Assembly (NCBI GenBank): GCA_963808345.1
Contig: CAWEFM010000001.1
Location: 472,884 to 536,883 of the forward strand
Direction of reading: 5' to 3'
DNA length: 64,000 nt
Source of the DNA: an uncultured Actinomycetota bacterium
GTDB lineage: Bacteria > Actinomycetota > Actinomycetes > Mycobacteriales > Mycobacteriaceae
The notes below the pieces were generated by a model. It saw only the letters and a program-made list of their open reading frames with translations, made no database searches and was not told the origin of the DNA. Positions 58,587 through 64,000 of this stretch are shown one piece after another. Position 1 is the stretch's first letter, and every line of letters starts with the position of its first letter. Made by a program: the position numbers and the translations under genes.

Positions 58587-60389
58587 TCAGCGACGGATGA
58601 GCGCCGATGCCTCGGTGTCGAGCCCGTCGAGTGTTCCGGTAGCCCGCCAGGCCGCAAGGACGTCGGCGTATTCGGTTGGGCTGCCGAAGAAGAAACTGTC
58701 TTGGCGCAACCTGGCCCTCGCCTGGCCTTCGCGGTTGTAGTAGCCCGGCGTGCACGCCTCGCGCCGCCCGGCTATCACGTTGGAGCGCTCGACGACGGTG
58801 TCGACCCACGCCGCTTCCGCATCGGCCGTGGCTTCCGCCTCAGTGACGCCGTGCTGCAACGCCCAGGCGATCACCCAGGCAATGTGTCGAGATTGGATGT
58901 CGATCAAATACGGGAAATTCACGGTGAAGCCCGACTGGGAAATGCTTTCGATGAAGCAGTTCGGGAAGCCGTTGACATGCAGACCGTGGAAGGTGCGCAC
59001 GCCGTCTGCCCACTTCTTACTGAGCGTCAGCCCGTCCCGGCCGACGATCTCGAAGCCGGTGCGCTGCCGGTAGGCGGTGCCTACTTCGAAGCCGGTCGCG
59101 AAAACCAAGCAGTCAAGCGGGTATTCGGCGCCGTTGACCAGAACGCCTGCTTCGGTGATCTGCTCGACGCCGCGGCCGCGTGTGTCGATTAGGGTGACGT
59201 TGTCGCGGTTGAACGCCTGCAGGTACTCGTCGTGAAAGCACGGCCGTTTGCAGAAATAGTTGTACCAGGGCTTGAGCGCCTCGGCGGTGGCGGCGTCGCT
59301 CACGATCGCGTCGACGCGCGCCCGGATCTCCTCCATTTTGGCGAAGTCCGCCAGTTCCGTCGGGGTTAGCTGATCGGGTTCTGCACTGACGGTGTGTCGC
59401 ACGATCGGCATCTTCCTGGTGAGGCTTGTCCACGCGTCGTCGACCAGGTCCTCGTCGGCTTCCCCGCCTGCGGTAAGGATCTGGAAGTTCTCGATGCGGC
59501 GCCGCTGCCATCCGGGCTGCAGCGAGGCCGCCCACCGCGGGTCTGTCGGCCTATTGGCTCGGATGTCGACCGTGGATGGGGTTCGCTGAAAGACGAGCAG
59601 CTGCTGCACCGCTTCGGCCAGGCGGGGAACGCACTGAATAGCTGTCGCACCGGTTCCGATGATGCCGACCCGCTTGTCCGACAGCCTATTCAAGTCGCTG
59701 CCGGTGTAGTCGTAATCCCAGCGGCTGGTGTGAAATGCATGACCGCTGAATGTCGAGATGCCGGGAATGCCCGGCAGTTTCGGTCTCTGCAGATACCCGT
59801 TGGCCATGGCGACAAACCGCGCCTGAATCCTGTCCCCGCGGTCGGTGGCGATCACCCACCGCGAAGTGTCCGATTGCCAACTGATTTCGTTTACTTCGGT
59901 TTGCAGACATGCGCCACGGTAGAGGTCATAGTGCTCGGCAATTCGACGGCAGTGGGCGAAGATCTCGCCGCCCTTGGCATACTTCTCACTGGGAATGTAG
60001 CCGAGCTCTTCGAGCAACGGCAGGTAAATGTATGATTCTACGTCGCAAGCGATTCCGGGATAGCGATTCCAATACCAGGTACCGCCGACGTCGGCGGCTT
60101 TGTCGATCAGCCGCACACTGTCGACGCCGAGTTCTTTGCATCGCGCTCCGATGAGCAGTCCGCCGAAACCGGCTCCCACAACCGCGACGTCGACGGCGTC
60201 GGCGAGGGGATCGCGCGTGAAGTTCGGTTCGGCCCACGGATCGACACCGAAGCGAGCGAACGCGCCCGCCACTTGCACATATTGTGCGATCCCGTCCGGC
60301 CGCAGTCGCCGGTCCCGTTCTTGGGCATATTTGATCCGCAGCGCTTTTGGATCGACTGCAAAGTCCGCGCGCTCAATCACCGTCACCAT
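58587..60389 (-). CDS. Baeyer-Villiger monooxygenase
   Basis: GAGFGG, GGTWYWNRYPGIACD, FSGHAFHTSRWD (FxGxxxHxxxWD) and GTGATA motifs. Confidence 0.93.
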   Translation of the reverse strand: MVTVIERADFAVDPKALRIKYAQERDRRLRPDGIAQYVQVAGAFARFGVDPWAEPNFTRDPLADAVDVAVVGAGFGGLLIGARCKELGVDSVRLIDKAADVGGTWYWNRYPGIACDVESYIYLPLLEELGYIPSEKYAKGGEIFAHCRRIAEHYDLYRGACLQTEVNEISWQSDTSRWVIATDRGDRIQARFVAMANGYLQRPKLPGIPGISTFSGHAFHTSRWDYDYTGSDLNRLSDKRVGIIGTGATAIQCVPRLAEAVQQLLVFQRTPSTVDIRANRPTDPRWAASLQPGWQRRRIENFQILTAGGEADEDLVDDAWTSLTRKMPIVRHTVSAEPDQLTPTELADFAKMEEIRARVDAIVSDAATAEALKPWYNYFCKRPCFHDEYLQAFNRDNVTLIDTRGRGVEQITEAGVLVNGAEYPLDCLVFATGFEVGTAYRQRTGFEIVGRDGLTLSKKWADGVRTFHGLHVNGFPNCFIESISQSGFTVNFPYLIDIQSRHIAWVIAWALQHGVTEAEATADAEAAWVDTVVERSNVIAGRREACTPGYYNREGQARARLRQDSFFFGSPTEYADVLAAWRATGTLDGLDTEASALIRR

Positions 60390-61020
60390 CCCCGCCGGAT
60401 GCCGCCATGAGGCCGTGGCGTACCAGGCTCAGATACGCGTCGACGACCTCCTCTTCGTGCCTCACCTCGACCAGGTCCTCCAGGAACCGACGGGCGCCGA
60501 CCAGGAAGTGAGCCTGCGCTTCGATCTCGGCGTCAGTCATCGGGCGCACGGAGCCGTTCGCAATACCGTCACGCAGCCGTGCGGAAAGCAGCGCGACCCA
60601 GGCCGTGATGCCTTGGCGGTACAAGTCGGGCTCAAAGAATCTGATCTCGTCGACCAATCGCACGTGAGCCGGGTTACGGCGCACGTAGTCGATGTAGGCC
60701 AGCAGCCCGGCGCGGTGACGTTGAAAGAAATCACCGGTTTGATCGTCGCGCTGATCTTCCGAGGCAGCCAGCGTGGCGTTGAAGTCCGCGATCAGTCTGC
60801 CCATCATGGCGCGCAGCAGTTCAGCCCGCGAGCCGAAGTGATAGTGCAAATTACCCACCGCAGTGTGAGCCCGCGCGGCGATGCCGGTCACCGACGCACG
60901 ATGCAGGCCATGCTCGCTGGCTTCAGCTAGCGCGGCATCCAGTATCAGCGCCTGCGTTCTCCGGCGCTTCGCGTATCCCCCGCGCGGAAACTGGGCTTGT
61001 ACCTCGTCGGTGTGGGCCAC
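60373..61020 (-). CDS. TetR-family regulator
   Basis: ILDAALAEA...SVTGIAARAH.AVGNLHYHFGSR HTH. Confidence 0.9.
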   Translation of the reverse strand: MAHTDEVQAQFPRGGYAKRRRTQALILDAALAEASEHGLHRASVTGIAARAHTAVGNLHYHFGSRAELLRAMMGRLIADFNATLAASEDQRDDQTGDFFQRHRAGLLAYIDYVRRNPAHVRLVDEIRFFEPDLYRQGITAWVALLSARLRDGIANGSVRPMTDAEIEAQAHFLVGARRFLEDLVEVRHEEEVVDAYLSLVRHGLMAASGGDGDGD

Positions 61021-61024
61021 CGTA

Positions 61025-61050
61025 GAATTCTGAACCAGTTTTCAAAATTC
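61025..61050. promoter_or_regulatory. TetR operator-like palindrome GAATTCTGAA-N6-TTCAAAATTC
   Basis: 9/10 inverted repeat 4 nt upstream of the tetR GTG, overlapping a CAGAAT -10-like hexamer (leaderless arrangement). Confidence 0.6.
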
Positions 61051-61218
61051 CACAACGCCGGAGTGCTGATCGCCGCCGCGCGGGACGCCATATTGTCACT
61101 TGGCGTGCACGGACACGTCACGGTGTCGATGCCGATTCGCTGACCGGCTGCGCGACGTTGGTGGCATGAGCCGCGACGACGATCGTGCCCGCGCAGCCGG
61201 GGTGGAGGAGCGGCGCAG

Positions 61219-62079
61219 ATGAGGTCCGCTTCCGTCCTGATTCCCGCGGACGAGCCGGGCTGCTGCGCGGCACAGTCGCGAGTTACGCCGCGCTACTCGC
61301 TGCTGCTGTCCACCGATCCTGAGCTGATCGACGCTGCGCAGCGACTGCGTTACGACGTGTTCAGCAGCGAGCCCGGATTCGCATTACGGCGGGCCACCGG
61401 CGCCGACGGCAGGGCCGGTGCGGACGGCGACCGATTCGACGAGTTCTGCGATCACCTGCTGGTCCGCGAGGAGAACTCCGGTGAACTGGTGGGTTGCTAC
61501 CGGATGCTTTCGCCGGCGGGCGCGATTGCAGCCGGCGGGCTCTATGTTGCAACGGAATTCGAAGTCAGCTCACTCGATGCGCTGCGACCGTCGCTGGTGG
61601 ACATGGGTCGCGCGGTGGTGCGCCGGGACCACCGCAACGGCGCGGTCGTGCTGTTGATGTGGGCGGGCATTCTGGCCTACCTGGATCGGCAGGGCTATGA
61701 CTACGTCACCGGCTGCGTATCGGTTCCGCTCAGCGCCGGCGGGGCGGCGCCGGGTACTCATATCCGCGGTGTGCGCGACTTCGTGCTCAGCCGCCACGCC
61801 GCCGAACCGCAACACCGGGTGTATCCGCATCGCCCGGTGCTGGTCGACGGACGGCACCTCGACGACGTCGACGCCCCGGCACGACCGGCGATTCCGGCGT
61901 TGATGCGGGGTTACCTGCGGCTCGGCACCCGGATCTGCGGTGAGCCGGCCTACGATCCCGACTTCGATGTCGGTGACTTCCCGGCGCTGCTGGACAAGCG
62001 GCGCGCCGACGTCCGCTATCTGCGGAGGCTTCGTTCGGTGTCGGCGGCAGCCGAGGCGGCAGGTGGCACAACACGATGA
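61219..62079 (+). CDS. GNAT/OlsB-like N-acyltransferase (Rv3027c homolog)
   Basis: AQRLRY.VF, D.FD..CDHLLV, YLRLG..ICGEP and DPDF motifs. Confidence 0.88.
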   Translation: MRSASVLIPADEPGCCAAQSRVTPRYSLLLSTDPELIDAAQRLRYDVFSSEPGFALRRATGADGRAGADGDRFDEFCDHLLVREENSGELVGCYRMLSPAGAIAAGGLYVATEFEVSSLDALRPSLVDMGRAVVRRDHRNGAVVLLMWAGILAYLDRQGYDYVTGCVSVPLSAGGAAPGTHIRGVRDFVLSRHAAEPQHRVYPHRPVLVDGRHLDDVDAPARPAIPALMRGYLRLGTRICGEPAYDPDFDVGDFPALLDKRRADVRYLRRLRSVSAAAEAAGGTTR

Positions 62080-62954
62080 AGCCCTCACCGGTCGCCGGCC
62101 ATTCGTGGTTACCCCGGGCGTCGTGTGACAGCGGGTGTGTGCGCTCAGCGGTGTCGCGGCCAGCTGCGGTGATCTTCCGGGTGATGCTGCGCAGTGTGCT
62201 GGCTCTGGTGGCGGTGCCGGCGCTGCCGGTGCTGGCCGTACCGCTGCCTGGCCGGTTACGGGTGCACCGCACGTACTGCCGGCTGATGTTGTGCTGCTTC
62301 GGTGTGCGGATCACGGTGTCGGGCGGGCCGGTCCGCAACCTGCGCGGGGTGCTGGTCGTCAGCAGTCACGTGTCCTGGCTGGACATCTTCGTGATCGGCG
62401 CGGTGCTACCCGGATCGTTCGTGGCGCGTGCCGACATGGTCACCGGTCGGTGGGTCCGGCTGCTGGGCCGCGCAATGCAGGTGATCCCGATCGAGCGTGC
62501 CAGTTTGCGGCGGCTGCCGGGCGTGGTGGACACCGTCGCAGACCGGCTCCGCGCCGGGCGCACCGTCGTGGCTTTTCCCGAAGGCACCACCTGGTGTGGG
62601 CGGCTCGGCGGTGAGCCGGATCTCGCGGCCGGGCACATGCATCGAGGTTTCGGGTCCTTCTACCCGGCGATGTTCCAGGCCGCAATCGACGCGGGCCGGC
62701 CGGTGCAGCCGTTGCGGCTGACCTACCACCAACCGGATGGCACAGCGTCGACGATCCCGGCTTACGTCGGCGACGACGGCCTGTGCCGGTCGATCGGCCG
62801 GGTGATCGCCGCGCCTCGCACGTTGGCGCGCGTGCACGTCGAATCCTTGCAGCTCTCCGGCGACAGTCGGCGGGAGCTGGCTCGTCGGTGCCAGACCGCG
62901 GTGCGCACCGCCGCGGCGCCGCAGCCTGGCCACCGTCAGGCGCTGTCAGCCTGA
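62076..62954 (+). CDS. PlsC/OlsA-like acyltransferase (Rv3026c homolog)
   Basis: SHVSWLD (HxxxxD) and FPEGT motifs. Confidence 0.88.
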   Translation: MKPSPVAGHSWLPRASCDSGCVRSAVSRPAAVIFRVMLRSVLALVAVPALPVLAVPLPGRLRVHRTYCRLMLCCFGVRITVSGGPVRNLRGVLVVSSHVSWLDIFVIGAVLPGSFVARADMVTGRWVRLLGRAMQVIPIERASLRRLPGVVDTVADRLRAGRTVVAFPEGTTWCGRLGGEPDLAAGHMHRGFGSFYPAMFQAAIDAGRPVQPLRLTYHQPDGTASTIPAYVGDDGLCRSIGRVIAAPRTLARVHVESLQLSGDSRRELARRCQTAVRTAAAPQPGHRQALSA

Positions 62955-62999
62955 GCGCCCGGATCGTCTGCGAAGGCGCGCCGGTATTCTGGGCGGGTC

Positions 63000-64000
63000 A
63001 TGGTGTACCTCGATCACGCCGCCACCACCCCGATGCATCCAGCTGCCATCGAGGCGACGACGGCTGCGCTGGCAACTGTCGGCAATGCCTCCTCGTTGCA
63101 CACCGCCGGCCGGGCCGCGCGGCGACGAATGGAGGAATCCCGGGAGCTGATTGCCGCCAAGCTGGGCGCGCGGCCCTCGGAGGTGATCTTCACCGCCGGT
63201 GGCACCGAAAGCGACAACCTCGCCGTCAAAGGCATCTTCTGGGCCCGCCGCGACGCCCAGCCGCGCCGCCGGCGCATCGTAGTCACCGCGGTCGAACACC
63301 ACGCGGTGCTCGACTCGGTGATGTGGCTTGCCGAACACGAGGGCGCCGAGATCACCTGGCTGCCCACCGACCTTGATGCCTCGGTGTCGCCGGCGGCTTT
63401 GCGGGACGCGTTGAACGGCGACGACGATGTCGCGCTGGTTTCGGTGATGTGGGCCAACAACGAGGTCGGTACGATCATGCCGATCACCGAGTTGGCGGAC
63501 GTGGCAGGTGAATTCGGCGTGCCGATGCACAGCGATGCCGTCCAGGCGGTGGGTCAGTTGCCGGTCGATTTCGCCACCAGCGGCCTGTCGGCAATCAGTG
63601 TGGCCGCGCACAAGTTCGGCGGTCCGCCCGGAGTCGGTGCGTTGCTGCTGCGCAGGGACGTCGGCTGTGCGCCGCTGTCCCACGGCGGCGGTCAGGAACG
63701 CGACATCCGCTCGGGCACACCCGATGTCGCCGGCGTAGTGGGAATGGCTGTCGCGGCGCAGATCGCTGTTGACGGGCTGGAGGCGAACAGTCCGCGGCTG
63801 CGGCTACTGCGGGACCGGCTGATCAACGGTGTGCTGAGCGATATTCCCGACTCGCGCCTCAACGGTGCCCGCGGCGCAATGCGGCTGCCCGGCAACGCGC
63901 ACTTCTCTTTCGCCGGCTGTGAAGGCGACGCGTTGCTGATGTTGCTGGACGCCAACGGCATCGAATGTTCTACCGGGTCGGCCTGCACCGCCGGTGTGGC
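63000..64000 (+). CDS. iscS: Cysteine desulfurase (3' partial)
   Basis: [36 protein letters not shown] and STGSAC motifs. Runs off the window end. Confidence 0.95.
   Translation, partial: MVYLDHAATTPMHPAAIEATTAALATVGNASSLHTAGRAARRRMEESRELIAAKLGARPSEVIFTAGGTESDNLAVKGIFWARRDAQPRRRRIVVTAVEHHAVLDSVMWLAEHEGAEITWLPTDLDASVSPAALRDALNGDDDVALVSVMWANNEVGTIMPITELADVAGEFGVPMHSDAVQAVGQLPVDFATSGLSAISVAAHKFGGPPGVGALLLRRDVGCAPLSHGGGQERDIRSGTPDVAGVVGMAVAAQIAVDGLEANSPRLRLLRDRLINGVLSDIPDSRLNGARGAMRLPGNAHFSFAGCEGDALLMLLDANGIECSTGSACTAGV

Overview
High-GC mycobacterial (Mycobacteriaceae) chromosomal window, syntenic with the M. tuberculosis nrdF2-Rv3046c-adhC-fecB-ctaD-serB2...Rv3034c / Rv3032-Rv3030-fixAB-Rv3027c-Rv3026c-iscS region, with two large accessory blocks. 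(1) 1-7044 is the right part of an integrated phage-satellite/prophage-like element. It encodes an HNH nuclease, an HTH-fused P27-type small terminase, several small ORFs and a DisA_N/DAC-domain cargo protein. Its right end is a displaced 27-codon 3' end of nrdF2, preceded by three TGCCCACA arm-type repeats. It also contains a ~200-nt non-coding triple-hairpin element with G-U wobble pairs that can pair with the downstream RBS. (2) ~22850-52230 is a photoprotection block between the Rv3034c and Rv3032 homologs. It holds three photolyase-family genes (two CPD-type, one FeS-BCP), TspO, two paralogous MarR (CrtR-like) regulators, type II IDI, a glycosyltransferase, a crtEIB-YcYd-T-U-V aromatic carotenoid operon, SigF-regulon-type genes, and a GAF-ANTAR gene coupled to a stand-alone qcrB. 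Four promoter regions in this block share a TT(C/A)A-N5-T(T/G)AA operator-like box, suggesting one regulon linking pigment, DNA repair and an alternative cytochrome b. A small TetR-BVMO-cupin (pseudogene) insert follows fixB. No tRNA, rRNA or CRISPR array was seen. All family assignments are from motif recognition and recalled synteny, not database searches.
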